From: Squalus acanthias
Taxonomy: Eukaryota
Length of the DNA stretch: 64,000 nucleotides
Assembly (NCBI GenBank): GCA_030390025.1
Contig: CM059432.1
Span: forward strand, 59,460,001 to 59,524,000
Direction of reading: 5' to 3'
Part shown: in pieces, positions 1 through 12,469 of the stretch
Position numbering within the stretch: position 1 is the stretch's first letter
How the letters are laid out: every line of letters begins with the position of its first letter
Program-made: the position numbers and the translations under genes
Notes under the pieces: generated by a model
The model's input: only the letters and a program-made list of their open reading frames with translations
Database searches by the model: none
Told to the model about the DNA's origin: nothing

Positions 1-240
1 TTTCAGAATGCAAGCATTGGTGGAAATCATTGTAAAGCTTGGGATTCTGAATCTTTTTACAGAATTGATCTAAAGGAAAGGTAATAAAAGTTACAGAGGT
101 GTGAAGAAGAAACCAGATGGCCCCTGTTCACTGGTGAAGTTGTTGTAATAAATGAAACAGTATAGTTGCTCAGTGCTCAATTATTTATAAAGTTGTAGTC
201 ATACAAAAAGGGGGCCCTTATCTCATGCTCAGTTATTTAT

Positions 241-588
241 GAGCTCCGATTTTAACCTGGGATGAGAGGTGAGCAGTGGGCTTGCCCTGAATCGCTGGCA
301 TGAGGTCTGGGCCATTTTAACTCCCGAGCCTGTGGGCGGGAGTGGGGTGAATATGGTAGGCAGTTAATTTTGCATCAGTATCCAAATTACATCATCGGAC
401 CTCGACTTTTGAATATTTACAAAGCTCTTGTTTGCCTGCAGTGAAGGGCTCACGCTTTATCCCAAATTTGCCTGTAAAAATGGTGCAGGGTGTGAGTGTG
501 GTGTCCTTCCTGAGGGAAAAACGCTGCCTCTATTTTAACCCCCTTGCACGCCCCGCTCTCGTCAGGCGTGGGGAATTAAATTCAGCCC
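241..588. mobile_element. Probable Harbinger-type MITE (degenerate)
   Basis: Ends gagctccgattttaac and ttaaattcagccc resemble the GGGC-type TIRs seen elsewhere in the window. Confidence 0.4.
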
Positions 589-879
589 TATGGAGCTTAC
601 AAAGACTTGCATGTTCAGGTACGGGCAAAGAGATCTGAATTGCTGTGAGATTCTACAATATTTACAGTATTGAAGGAATTATAATTTCTCAGAAGCAGTG
701 GAAATGGAGTAATAACAGTTGTGATAAAGGGAGTCTATTGGATAAAGGAGAACACTTCATGGATAAGTTGATTTCAAAAGCCCCCTTGCAGCCGGCACTG
801 AGGAGAACTCCGAGTGATAGTCCTCATGCTGAACTATTCCATGCTCCTCTGCCTCCAAAGCAGCTGGGGTCACCGCCCC

Positions 880-1340
880 TGGAATCTCCATGTCCAGAAC
901 TTTTTGGATAGCAAAGTTGTGCAGGGCTCAGCAAGCTACAACAAAGCAGGATACACGCTTGGTATCAGAATGCAGAACCCTTCCTGATCTATTAAGGCAG
1001 CAAAAGTGCTGAAAAGTTAAGAACCCTATGGTTTTTTTCAATCACAACTCTAGTAGAGACATGTGCCTTCTTGTAGCAATCCTCAGTTGCTGTTCTTGCC
1101 ATTTTCAAAGGGTCATTATGCAAGGGATACACTTGGTTACCCACAAGCCATCTGATTATTTGACTAACTTCCTTGAAGAGCTTAAGGAGGGCAGAATTCC
1201 TGAGGATGAAACCATCAGGACAACTTCCACCAAATCTTCATGGATGTGAAGAATTCTTTGCATCTGGTCTTACATAATTCAATCTTGATATTTAGGTACT
1301 CGAACTCTTTTCTATTCATAACATTGAGGGGGTAAATTGT
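880..1340 (-). pseudogene. Degraded PIF/Harbinger (HARBI1-like) DDE transposase, C-terminal half
   Basis: Frameshifted minus-strand translation gives NRK...DGFILRNS...WLVGNQVYPL...YKKAHVSTRVVIEK...FCCLNRSG...FVVAC*ALHNFAIQK, matching Harbinger motifs HDAFIL, WLLGDKGYP, YNxAHxxTRxVIE, FRCLDRSG and CCALHN. Confidence 0.75.
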
Positions 1341-1529
1341 TTAATTCCTACATATCACTATGGTTTCAACTGTTCTGCTGTGGTGAGGCAGGGGAGTAGG
1401 TTTAATGGTGCAGTTATCCCCAAGTTGCTTTGCATACATCCAGTGGCTGGTGGAATTTTTTAAATAGAATCAAGATTGTTGTTTGCGACTGAAGAAGCTA
1501 CTTTCTCACTAAGGTTGGGAGCACATATT

Positions 1530-2231
1530 CAGCTGCCTCTGCTGCTTCCTCCCTTTCTCCATTCCAACCAAGCCAATCCTCATTCCAGGCTCCCCTGCTC
1601 CAATCCTGAACCATATCTCTCTCTATTTTCTCTCCCATCTCTCCTCATGCCCTCTCTGAGCTTATGTCATCCATAAGACCCACTTCCTGTTCCCTTGACC
1701 CTATTTCCATTAAACTGTTACCCACCCAACTTCCCTTCCAGGTCCCCATGCTAGCTGACTTTGTAAATGGTTCCCTCTCCTCCTTTCCAAAACCACCATC
1801 ATCACCTTCCTCTTAAAAAAAAAACCCACTCTTGACCCCCTCTATCCTTGAAAACTACTGCCCCATCTGCTGCTGAAATCCTCATCTATGCCTTAGTCAC
1901 CTCCAGACTCAATTATTCTAATGGTCTCCTAACTGGCATTCCATCATCCACCCTCCGTAAACGTCAGCCCATCCAAACCTATGCTGCACCAAATCCCGCT
2001 CATCCATCACCACTGTCGCTGACTTACATTGGCTCCCAGTCACCCAATGTCTCAAATTTAAAATTTTCATTAATTCCCTTCATGGGCTCACCCCTACCTA
2101 TCTGTAACCTCCTCCAGCCCTACAACCCCCTCCTGAATTCCCCGTTCCTCTGACTCTGGTCTCTTGTGCACCCCTCCTCCCTTTGACTCACCATTGGCCC
2201 AAGGCACTATATAAATGCAAGTTGTTGTTAT
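1530..2231 (+). mobile_element. L2-type LINE fragments with 3' tail
   Basis: AAEILIYALVTSRLNYSNGLL peptide (L2 ORF2 C-terminal region); ends ggcactatataaatgcaagttgttgtt. Confidence 0.75.
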
Positions 2232-2404
2232 TGAAAAAGAGGAAACATTTAGCTTGTTATTACACAATAATTACCTTGTTACATCTGGGTGTGGCTTTGT
2301 GCTGGTTGCAGATCGAGCTGTAGATGTGCTCTTAGACTTTGGCCTAATCACCTCTTGTGTCTGAAAGAAATATTTCAGATTGGAGATGGCGACTAAATAT
2401 ATTT

Positions 2405-3115
2405 ATTTCACATAATAACGTTCGCTATTATTACCCCTTGAAACTGACTGCAAGTTCAGGATTTAGCTCATGCGCATCCCAACACGGAAATCCCGAAGTT
2501 GCGGTCAGTCACTGCTTCGACACTGGCTGCGCTGTTGCAGCCCCCACCCCCCATAGCCGGCAATCAGCTTAATCAGTGAAACTGAGAAAAACTTCGGCTT
2601 TTCCGCAGTAATATCACTGTTAAATACCCTATTAAAAATTAGACCCTTTTGGATCAGGTGTAACTGGGGTTTTAACAGTGTATTGACTGCTAAACAAATG
2701 TTCTGGCCCTGAAAAACTAATTTTAATTTTGTGGAGTGTCAAATTTATCCATTTTAACAAAAATTAAAAATAAGAAACTTTAAAAAATTGTTCATCTTTA
2801 TTTCCTTTTCCCCATGTGAGAGCCCCAATCTTTGTTTTGCTCTCTCTAACATTTTTAAAAGGTTAGAATAAAAGGAGCTTATTCACTTTCTGGTTCCCTG
2901 TCAGTGAGAATTCTGGATTGTGATTGGCTGCTTAGACAGCTTGTTGACATCACAGCAGCTCGCACTAGGGGATCCCCATTAACTTACACTGATCTCAACT
3001 GAACGCCGGAAAAGCTGAACCTCTCGTCACAGAGATCTCGAGATCTTTGTGGGAAGCTTACTTCGGGGCCAGCGGCGCACACCTTTGCTTCACCGCTGAC
3101 TGCAAATTACAGGCC
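2405..3115. mobile_element. Harbinger-type MITE, left end truncated (same family as 38851-39587)
   Basis: Shares internal blocks with 38851-39587 (e.g. taatatcRctgttaaataccc, ggccctgaaaaactaattttaa); right end aaattacaggcc. Confidence 0.7.
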
Positions 3116-3943
3116 AATACTGCAATTTTAAAATGTAAAGCACAACAGTAAGAACTTCAATGGTGCTCCTCACATACAGAAATACTTCAAAATAGACATT
3201 AGTAGATGATGGAAAACGTGAGTAATGAGCAGAAGGGAAGCGGCTAGGCTGAAAGAAAGGATGAAGAAAAAGATCTTTAGAAGGCTTTTGGAAGCAAGAG
3301 AAGTTGCAAGGCTGAGAGATTTGGGAGGGAACTCCAGAAGACAGGGGTGTAGTACAATCTCTCCCCCCGCTTGATGGCTTCCTGTAGTTTTTCTGACCGG
3401 CTCCAGTGCTCCACCCTTGCCAGTCGCCTTATCCACGGTTTGTTCTTGCTGCCGATCCAACCCCCTACCGAGAAAACACTAGCATCAGTACCATCCCTAT
3501 GTCACACTCCTGGGTGCATTTATTGTTGCCCCTAGGCTGAGGACTACCTGTTGCTAGAAAAAGTTTCAATATATCTTCGTTAGTGCTTGATATGCCCTAT
3601 TAAAAAGGATTCTGCATATTGAGCCCTCTGTAGCAATGTGGGGAAAAAATATTTTTCACAATCACTTTTTTGGGAGAGGCTAGAAGATGGTATTAGGGCA
3701 TTCACTACCACGTTTGCATATTAGCAAGGGTGTTAACTATTGCTAAATCAACAGGAATAAAAAGTTCTTCTCTGCAATTGTGAAGTGGCTGCAGGCATAC
3801 TTTTGTCATTCCCCAGATAAAGTTACCACTATGAGACCAATTTGCCAACACATGTTTTCAGCCCATCACAATTTGGTCATTTAAGGTTAACGGAAAAGTA
3901 AAGCAATTAGAGATAAGAACCATCAAACTTGCTGTGACTGCAC

Positions 3944-4039
3944 CTTTGGCATTGTGACAAGCAAATGTCCTGTGGTTTGGGATCTCTTGCCAGAACTGCT
4001 GTCAGGTTTTACTTCTGCTGGAAGCACCAGCTGAAATAC
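3944..4039 (-). CDS. DNAAF11: DNAAF11/LRRC6 coding exon (exon 10 equivalent)
   Basis: gattttag|GTA TTT CAG...CCA AAG|gtgcag, 96 bp. Encodes [32 protein letters not shown]. Confidence 0.95.
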
Positions 4040-4630
4040 CTAAAATCAACATAAAAAGTAAGATGACAAAACTAATGCAATATACCACTATGGTAAAACT
4101 ACTACTGTTCATTTGCTGTCATTATTTCTATTAAAATAAACTATAAATGAAGTTGCCTCATTTGACAATGTATATATACTTATTCCTAAACAAAGCAACT
4201 AAATGGGTATGGTACGGCTTTATAGGGGCCAATACTCATTAAAAAGTGTTTGAATTTTTTTGTTTTGGGGAAAGCAGAGTCCATTTTTGTCACAATGATA
4301 TCAGAGACGAAGGATCAAATGATGTAATTTGATACAACATAAAGTCTTGCACATATTGTTTTACTCATTGGCTAATAATAAGCTAACAGAACATCCAGAA
4401 AATCTAAAAGAACAAACATTTAACCAAAAGAAGTTTGCACTCACGTTTGAATAATATGTCCCATAAAAGAATTAGCACATATTTAGGGTTACATTGGCAT
4501 ATTTGGAATTACTTTTTCCCCCAATCTCTCTTAAAGATGCTGATCTACACTTGACAGGCACCATAAGTTCTATTTGTGCTCCACTGCCATACCCATTTAG
4601 CAATTCCTTATGCGCAGCCTAAACAATGAA

Positions 4631-4749
4631 TGAGAAGTCGCACAACACCAGGTTATAGTCCAACAGTGTTGGACTGTTGGACTATAACCTGGTGTTGTGC
4701 GACTTCTCACTTTTGTCCACCCCAGTCCAACACCGGCATCTCCGCATCA
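4631..4749. repeat. Perfect 36-bp inverted repeat, probably a Penelope-type inverted pseudo-LTR remnant, flanked by a 15-bp direct repeat
   Basis: Arms 4631-4666 and 4674-4709 are exact reverse complements with a 7-nt loop; taaacaatgaatgag occurs at 4620-4634 and 4750-4764. Confidence 0.75.
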
Positions 4750-4902
4750 TAAACAATGAATGAGCACCATAGGCAAGCCTTTTCCTGTCCTCAGCCAACC
4801 CAAACGTACATACACTGGACAGCAATGAAGAGTAGAATTATTGGTTGAATTAGGAACACCTCAACAAAACAATCAGGAGGAAAGAATTCTTACCAGATCC
4901 AT

Positions 4903-6080
4903 CGCAGTGACTGCCCTTGACATCAAGGCAGCATTTGACTGAGTGTGGAATCAAGGAGCCCTAGTAAAACTGAAGTCAATGGGAATCAGGGGGAAAACTC
5001 TTCACTGGCTGGAGTCATACCTGGCACAAAGGAAAATGGTTGTGGTTGTTGGAGGCCAATCATCTCAGCCCCAGGACACTGCTGCAGGAGTTCCTCAGGA
5101 CAGTGTCCTAGGCACAACCATCATAAGCTGCTTCATCAATGACCTTCCCTCCATCATAATGTCAGAAGTGGGGATGATCGCTGATGAATGCACAGTGTTC
5201 AGTTCCATTCGCAACTTCTCAGATAATGAAGCAGTCCGTGCCCGCATGCAGCAAGACCTGGACAACATTCAGCCTTGGGCTGATAAGTAGCAAGTAACAT
5301 TTGCGCCACACAAATACCAGGCAATAACCATTTTCAACAAGAGAGAGTCTAGCCACCTTCCCTTGACATTCAACAGAATTACCATTGCCGAATCCCCGAT
5401 CATCAACATCCTGGGGGGTTACCATTGACCAGAATCTTAACTGGACCAGCCAAATACTGTGGCTACAGAGCAGGTCAGAGGCTGGGTATTCTGCGGCGAG
5501 TGACTCACCTCCTGACACCCCAAAGCCTTTCCACCATCTACAAGGCACAAGACAGGACTGTGATGGAATACTCTCCACTTGCCTGGATGAGTGCAGCTCC
5601 AACAACACTTAAGAAGCTCAACACCATCCAGGACAAAGCAGTCCACTTGATTGGCACCCCATCCACCACCTTAAACATTCACTCCCTCCACTACCAACGC
5701 ACCGTGGCTGCAGTGTGTACAATCTACAAGATGCACTGCAGCAACTCGCCAAGGCTTCTTTGACAGTACCTCCCAAATCCGCGACCTCTACCACCTAGAA
5801 GGAAAAGGGCAGCAGGTGCATTAGAACGCCACCACCTGCAAGTTCCCCTCCAAGTCACAAACCATCCTGACTTGGAAATATATCGCCATTCCTTCATCGT
5901 CGCTGCATCGAAATCCTGAAACTCCCTTCCTAACAGCAACGTGGGAGTACTTCACCTCACGGATTGCAGCGGTTCAAGCAGGCAGCTCACCACCACCCTC
6001 TCGAGGGCAATTAGGGATGGGCAACAAATGCTGGCCTTGCCAGCGACGCCCACATCCCATGAATGAATAAAGAAAAAAAA
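4903..6080 (+). mobile_element. 5'-truncated CR1-group LINE (family B), RT C-terminal half and 3' end
   Basis: ALDIKAAFD, GVPQDSVLG and MIADE RT motifs; tail gcccacatcccatgaatgaataaa-polyA; homologous to 61417-63290. Confidence 0.9.
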
Positions 6081-6429
6081 CATGTGATATCACTGTCAAA
6101 GAATCAAAATCTGACCATTGATTCAGACATCAAGGGGGAAGCTTTCCTCTGTGCACTATGTCTAACAAAATCAAAATTCATTGATAAAGAACAGGGTTAT
6201 GATTTTGTTACAAAAACTGCGCGGAGTAAATATGCTTTCCCCCCAGTCTTCACTATACAATAGGGTAGAAATTCTGATGGGTGCAGTTCATGCATGCGCA
6301 AACAATTGACGTACACGTATATTCCTTTGTGCAATATTTTTACTACTCTGTTAACCCATTTATTTTAAAAGAAGCCTGCGTAAAGGTAGTGTGCACAAAA
6401 TTTCTCCCCTCATGTGTTTAAAAACCTAA

Positions 6430-7010
6430 GGGGCTAAATTCGATAAGGCCTGAAAACGGGTGTGGGGATTGCAATGCGCTCAGCGCTCAGGGGGGCCCAA
6501 TTTCATGGGAAGTGAACTCTATTTAAAGCTAGCCTGCAGTGTGAAACGCAATCTGCACTTCTTAAAGGGGAGGTGCTTTCTGAAATAAGCACCTCAGTCT
6601 AATTGTTGCAAATGAAAGTGGAAGGTAGCTATGGCTCAACAGGGCAGAGAAAGGGCACCTAGGTTCTCAGATTCAGCACTGGAGGCCTTAGTGGAGGGAG
6701 TCGCAAGGAGGAGACAGGTCCTCTACCCACAGGGGGCCAGGAGATCCTCCAGACTGACTGCAAGAAGGCAGTGGGACCTGATTGTTGAAGCGGTCAGTGC
6801 GACCAGTATTTCCCCCAGGACGTTGATCCAGTGCCGAAAGAAGTTTAATGACCTTACATGAGTTGTCAAAGTCAGTGAATGCTTCTTCAATTGCCATATC
6901 CCACCTGCACCACTAGCCTCATACACTGCTCAATGCACCACACCCCATCACTCACCTACCAACAATCTCTATCAATCACGAGTCATACCACATCTCAGAA
7001 TTCTAGCTGA
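6430..7010 (+). mobile_element. Harbinger left end with Myb/SANT-like DNA-binding protein exon
   Basis: TIR-like ggggctaaattc. ORF 6631-6861 (MAQQGRERAPRFSDSALEALVEGV...RRQW...SPRTLIQCRKKFNDLT) is a Myb/SANT trihelix motif, with one stop just before the donor aaa|gtcagt near 6870. Confidence 0.85.
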
Positions 7011-7430
7011 ACATAAAAAATACTAATGTTAGAAACTGTTTCTTCTGCTCTAACATTATAAATTCCACAGACCTGTGAGAAGAGCTGTGTGTGCGTGTTT
7101 AAGCATGCATATATACATTTCGGCCTTGCTGATTACATAACAGTGCAAGGGGGGCAGTATAACCAGTGCTGAAGTGGGGCAGTATAACCAGTGCTATCCA
7201 CTCATACCAGTCTAAAAGCAGGTACCAAAGTCTAATCAATATATCTTTAAAGCAAAATTAGACAAATACCTTGAAGAGAAACACTTCATCCAATACAATT
7301 GTTGGAAAACAGGAAGGTGTAATAGATGGACCTATGGTCTCTGAGTCTCGAGATTTCTATGTTTCAAATGGTATCTGTAGTATAACTGTAGCATTAATTC
7401 GACTCTGCATAGACTTTATCAGATACTGAC

Positions 7431-7500
7431 CTTTCCTTTAACCATCACACAAACATACGTTGGCTGAACATCAATATCGAGTAGAGACGTGTCCATATAC
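7431..7500 (-). CDS. DNAAF11: DNAAF11/LRRC6 coding exon (exon 9 equivalent)
   Basis: gcccag|G TAT ATG...GGA AAG|gtcagt, 70 bp. Encodes YMDTSLLDIDVQPTYVCVMVKGK. Confidence 0.95.
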
Positions 7501-8978
7501 CTGGGCAATTAATTTTAAAAAATAGATCAGCATTTGCACTAAAATATTGAATCCCACATTTGTAACATTGTCCACAGAAGAAGGATTCCCCTAGTGGCTA
7601 GCTTATCGAGTGCTACACACGATATTGGTTTGGGAAATAGAAGCTGCTTGAAGGAATAAAGACAAATATTTCACATACACACGTAAACTGAACATTCTCT
7701 TGAGGAGGCCGCTAACCTATTAATTTTTGTATCATTGTTCTTTCAAAGTTCAGTGCAACAACTGTGTGCCATACTTTAATTACACCTGTGACCCGATAAT
7801 CCAACCATGCTGTCAAAGCTATTTTGTGACACATTAACCTTGTCTCACTTATAATTTCCAGAACATTTTCCTAATACCCTGAATATACAATGAGCTGAGG
7901 TAAGCAGAGTACCACATCACTATCAACATATGCAAGACCTGATTTTGCATTGATGTGCTTTTAATTGTGATACTTTTCGTGCACATGTAACTAAGTAAAA
8001 TAGTGAAAATGTGAAACTGAAAATTACCCCCAATTAATGTGACTTGATAATGCATCTGTGCATGGCTGTTTGACTGTTTGACTAATGTTGTAGATGTACC
8101 TGTGGAATCCTACAATAACCCCATAGTCTGGATGATAAAAGGCAGTGGCAGAATAGTGCTTGTAGTGCTGTATCTCATGTTTTCAGCACGTGGAACAACT
8201 CAGTGATGGTTTTCTTTGCCTCTCGTTCAATTGTAGGTAGAAGTACTTCTGCCTATATATTCTGGTGTGGTACCGGTGAGTAGGTTCCAGTGCAGCCTCA
8301 CCAGTCTGGCATTCCTCGGTTTCCCCTCCTCTCCTTCCTCCAAGAAATAAAAGTAATGGGGAAATAATGACAGTGGGAGAGCCATTCTGCCCTGTCTGAA
8401 AATATTGGAGTAGGAGGATTGGCACCCCCGCAACAAAGGACAGAACGGCAGATGACAAAAGGAGTTGGCGACAAAAATAATAATATAAAAACAATGAAAA
8501 TGATCAAAGAATAAGCTTTATTGATATCTGGCCCTTGAAATTTGCTACCCCTTCACTAGGGTGCCTAGCAACCCTGAACGCTGGTTTTCTATGGGTGTGA
8601 ATATGATATGATTCAGTGCAAATATGGTGGAAATGACAACATGAGGTCATGTGCTCCGTTTTCCATCATTTTCCACCTCTTTTGCATAGTTCTACTTAAA
8701 TCATGCAGGCACTTCCCCTAACCACCAGAAATGAGAGCGGAAATGGAGCAGGCGTTAAAGTGGGCAGAGATCCAAAATAATGGATACCTGCCCCATTCTG
8801 TACTACCACCGCCTGATAAGCACCCCAACATCGGGCACTGAGTATCAGAAAATATCAGCTAATAGCTCAAAAGTGTACAAGAGTTAGAATAAACTTCTGA
8901 AAAATCACAAGTTTCATCTTCAGGTGGTGAGATTCTGACAATGTTTATTCAATTACGATATTTTGATGTAAAGCTAAC

Positions 8979-9044
8979 CTGTAAACAGCAAGATCTAAGA
9001 TGAATTGATTATTTTCTTCATCATCGGTCAATATGAAATTAATC
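8979..9044 (-). CDS. DNAAF11: DNAAF11/LRRC6 coding exon (exon 8 equivalent), start of CS/p23-like domain
   Basis: tctttacag|G ATT AAT...TAC AG|gttagc. Encodes INFILTDDEENNQFILDLAVY(R), matching [20 protein letters not shown]. Confidence 0.93.
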
Positions 9045-9177
9045 CTGTAAAGAAAAATAAAAGTTAACCTTCAATTTCCAAGCATACCCCTTTTTCAACT
9101 AAGTCACCTAGCAAGACTTTAACGACTGAGACAGACAGTGCTTTACTCAACCAATTTATAATTCTGATTATCGTAAT

Positions 9178-11221
9178 GGCCCGGATATTGCAGTAAAAAT
9201 AACCGCAAGGCTATCAGCGCTCACTGTCATTAAAGAGTAAATCGGATAGCAACTTCCGGCGACCCGACATGCGCAGTTAAACGTGTAAATCAGGAAGTTG
9301 CTGTCCGAGTTGCCCTACTCCTCCAGAAGCTTTGGTATCTCACCGAGAGACTCGCCATTGAAACACATGGATTGGCGTGAAGCTGCGGAACTTACGTGAT
9401 AGATACCCACTAAACACGCCAGAAAAAGTTACAGATTGTCCATTCCAGCGTAAGTAAATTTTTAACAGCATAATAAGTTTAAATTACTGCCAAACAACCT
9501 CTCTGACACTGAAAGTTAACTTTTATAAGTGTGAAGTCTCATTTCTTCAGATTTTAGTAATTGTTCGAGATTTTTTTTTACATTTAAAAAAATTTAAAAA
9601 ATTTAAACTTTTTCTTTCTGTCTCTTTTGTCTCTCTCTCTCTATTAATCCCATCTTGATTTCCCTCTCTTCATTTCACTTTTTGTACATGATTTGACATT
9701 GAATTAACTATTCTAACTTACACTACCTAGTTCAGGCTCTGCATGTCTCAGTAAGGATTCTTCAATCTGATTGGTTAAGGAGATGCACAGTTGCTTGCCC
9801 TGTTCACACAGGTTCCAGAGCCTCTGTAGATGGCGCTGTGTCAAAATGGACTTCTATTCACCACAAGTTCCAGTGCAAAAGGCCATAGAAAGTCTGTGGG
9901 CAAGTGCAAGTGTAATTGTAAGGTTTCCAAAATTTACAGATCCCCAAAACCTAAGGAAAAAGGACTTTGGAACTACCTCAGAGTGATAATATTGCATTTG
10001 GGCCTAACCTAAGAGACTGTAAGACCAAAAACCAAGTTTTGGCATTTTAAAAACATGTCTGGGCCTGTAAAGGGAGAAAAGGCTGTGAAGGAAGTTGGGT
10101 TCAACCTCTGTAAAAGCAGTTTTGGGTATTGCAGTTAATTGCATTGTCTGGGGAACCGGGATGACCTCACTCAAAGCCCCAGCACACATTAACATTTTGA
10201 CAATAGACCCTAGGAGAAGACAGTCCCACCCAAAACAACAGGCCCCATCAAAACTGTTTACAGAACCCATTAAAGACATGCATAAAGCAAATATTCTATA
10301 GAAGTCCTAGGCCCAGTCAAGAAACCCAAAACATGAGGACAATTCAAACTCCGATTAAACAACAGATCGACAGGATGGAGCTATCCTGAAACCACTTCAC
10401 ACATTTACAAAACCAGTTAACACGCTAGTAAAGTCGTTACTGTTAACGAGGTCTTACAATGACCGGGATTTGATTTGGGGTAGATAAGGCCACTTCAATT
10501 TAGTATAATTGAAGGCCCATCAAGCAGTTCAGCAGTTACAAGAGTTACAAGTTCGAGTTCTCCAGTAACAACAGTTCAAGTTCAACAGAAGGCAGTTCCG
10601 CAGTTTGGAGTTCAATTGAAAGCCTGTTCTGGAAGAAGGCAGTTCCACAGCTCAGAAGAAGACAGTTTAAACAGAGGCAGAGTTCAACAGAAACAGTTCA
10701 ACAAAGAAGGCCAACAGCTCCAGAAGCAGGCCGACACGCAAGAAGAAACCAGAGCGACCGCCTCAGTGACCATCGGACACCTCGCAGCAACAAGGGCCTT
10801 ATGAAACTTTTACTCAAAAGACTCTAAACCCTAACTCTCAACTATCAAGGATTCGTTTGGTGAGCATTACCCCTGGTTCTCCAGAGGCCAACCTAGCTAG
10901 AGAAGTGGGATTGGGAGGGGTGAAGTATTCTTCTAATGTTATTTCCCTCGCTTGTACCGAAGTGTTCCCCACTTTTAGAGTGTTAAGAGTGTTGTCATTC
11001 GTGTCTTACTTTTTAATAAAGATTGAAGTTCTTTCATCAAACTCAGTTGTCTGCTGCACCTTTGTATCACAACCCCCAAATAAGTCCAAGGTCTAGAACC
11101 AAGGGAGTGGGAGCGATTCGAACCGCTCAGAAGTCAGAGGTGAAGCTGACACAAAACCACCACCCCCTACAGTAATGAACAGCTGGCGCCATTCGTTCGC
11201 TCTGACCATAAATTCCGGGCC
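9178..11221. mobile_element. Harbinger-type MITE, split by a solo LTR
   Basis: TIRs ggcccggatatt and aattccgggcc; 3-bp TSD AAT (9175-9177, 11222-11224); body homologous to 52417-53129. Confidence 0.85.
9917..11171 (+). mobile_element. Solo LTR (~1.25 kb) of an LTR retroelement
   Basis: Starts TGTAAGG and ends CCCTACA; 5-bp TSD GTAAT (9912-9916, 11172-11176); TATA-like tataatt near 10505 and AATAAA near 11015; absent from the sister MITE at 52417. Confidence 0.85.
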
Positions 11222-11533
11222 AATGAATATGCGCATCAATGTGAAACCTGTTTTACGTATATTAGTATGATTAAATTATGCTAAGACACGTAAAAAGAAA
11301 ATTGTTGCAGGGAAGTATTTTCTTAAAAACATTCTGAAGATGAAAAGGTTCTGACTGATTTAGATTAGGTCAGATCCTAACCCTTTTTTTGTGCATTGGA
11401 CACAAGATTTTCTTCTCGTGTCCATAATGTAAAAATAATTTGCATTTGGGTAAATATCATGCCAAAATAGCAAGGTATTTGTATTTCTTGTCAGGTAATT
11501 TTACATGGGATAAAAACATTTAAAGAAAAACTG

Positions 11534-11979
11534 GGGCCTAAATTCTGATGGGCCAATTCCATCATCACAATTGCGGTGGGGTAGAACCCCCGACTGCCCA
11601 AATTGAAGGATATCAGGCACTGTCTTTAAGGGTGCATTAGTGGGGCTCACCTCGACTGAGGCCCAGAATGTTGGAGCAGCTCCATGCTGCTCCGACATAG
11701 CAAATGCAGCCTGGGGAGGGCCTTACAGGAACAGAGTGGCCCGACACTGCAGCTTCCAAAGGAGCAATCCGATTATCCCTTCAAGGTATTAATCCCCTCG
11801 AGTGTTGATTACCCTCTCCCTCCAGCATTCTGGGGCCTTTATTAGGCCCATAACAGATCCTACGCTTGCTCCCAGATCTGCCCATGGCTCCTGCTGCCAG
11901 AATTTCCCAGCCTCCTCTCCACAGGGCAAAATCCCAGCAAAATCCCCGCCCCCAAGCTCAAGGGTGGAATTTTGGGCCC
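11534..11979. mobile_element. Probable Harbinger-type MITE
   Basis: Imperfect TIRs gggcctaaattc and gaattttgggccc. Confidence 0.5.
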
Positions 11980-12469
11980 AGTAACCCCAAGGGAAGCTCA
12001 TTGTTGCTGTGGCTGTTGCTGAATACATATAACTGACCAGGTGTATCAGTGTATTAAATTAGGGGTTTCTGTCTTGAATGGGTCTTCTTTGTTTTAGTCT
12101 ATGCCTTTGTTCAGAAATGAATTTAGCCAAAAACATTTTGATGGCTAAAACAACTTAAGTGAAATGTTGACATATCAAACTGACAGTCGAACAGACATAC
12201 GAAAAGGACAAAAATAGGCCTTCAAGCTCACCGTCCACCCACTCCCTAACCACATTATCTATTAGAAGAGGGAAAAAGAGGATAATCAACTTTAACCAAT
12301 TCAGGAAATTCCTTTCTGTCTGCCTAAGACAATCAAGCAAGCTGCAGAAGTACACAGTTGCCCATAACCCATCATTAAGGCCTGGATTTTGTGGTCAGTG
12401 GTGAACAAACGGCGCCAGCCAATCATTACACTTACACTTGGCCACAGACATTCTATGGGCTTTTGTACT

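Noticed and set aside
6631..6861. Myb/SANT ORF as a domesticated host gene nested antisense in DNAAF11
   Set aside because: In-frame stop before the splice donor, a TIR just upstream, truncation downstream and a decayed paralogue at 23445 all point to a transposon relic.
7150..7195. 20-bp direct repeat ggggcagtataaccagtgct, two copies
   Set aside because: Only two units with a 5-bp spacer; a local duplication, not a CRISPR or other array.
3944..7500. Exons 9 and 10 begin with GT (AG|GTAT), resembling recursive splice sites
   Set aside because: Explained by the encoded residues; the implied donors are weak and the flanking introns are short.
8183..8507. Three overlapping minus-strand ORFs and a possible + strand exon (ttttcag ... 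gtgagt)
   Set aside because: No recognisable protein motif, and no DNAAF11 exon is missing between exons 8 and 9.
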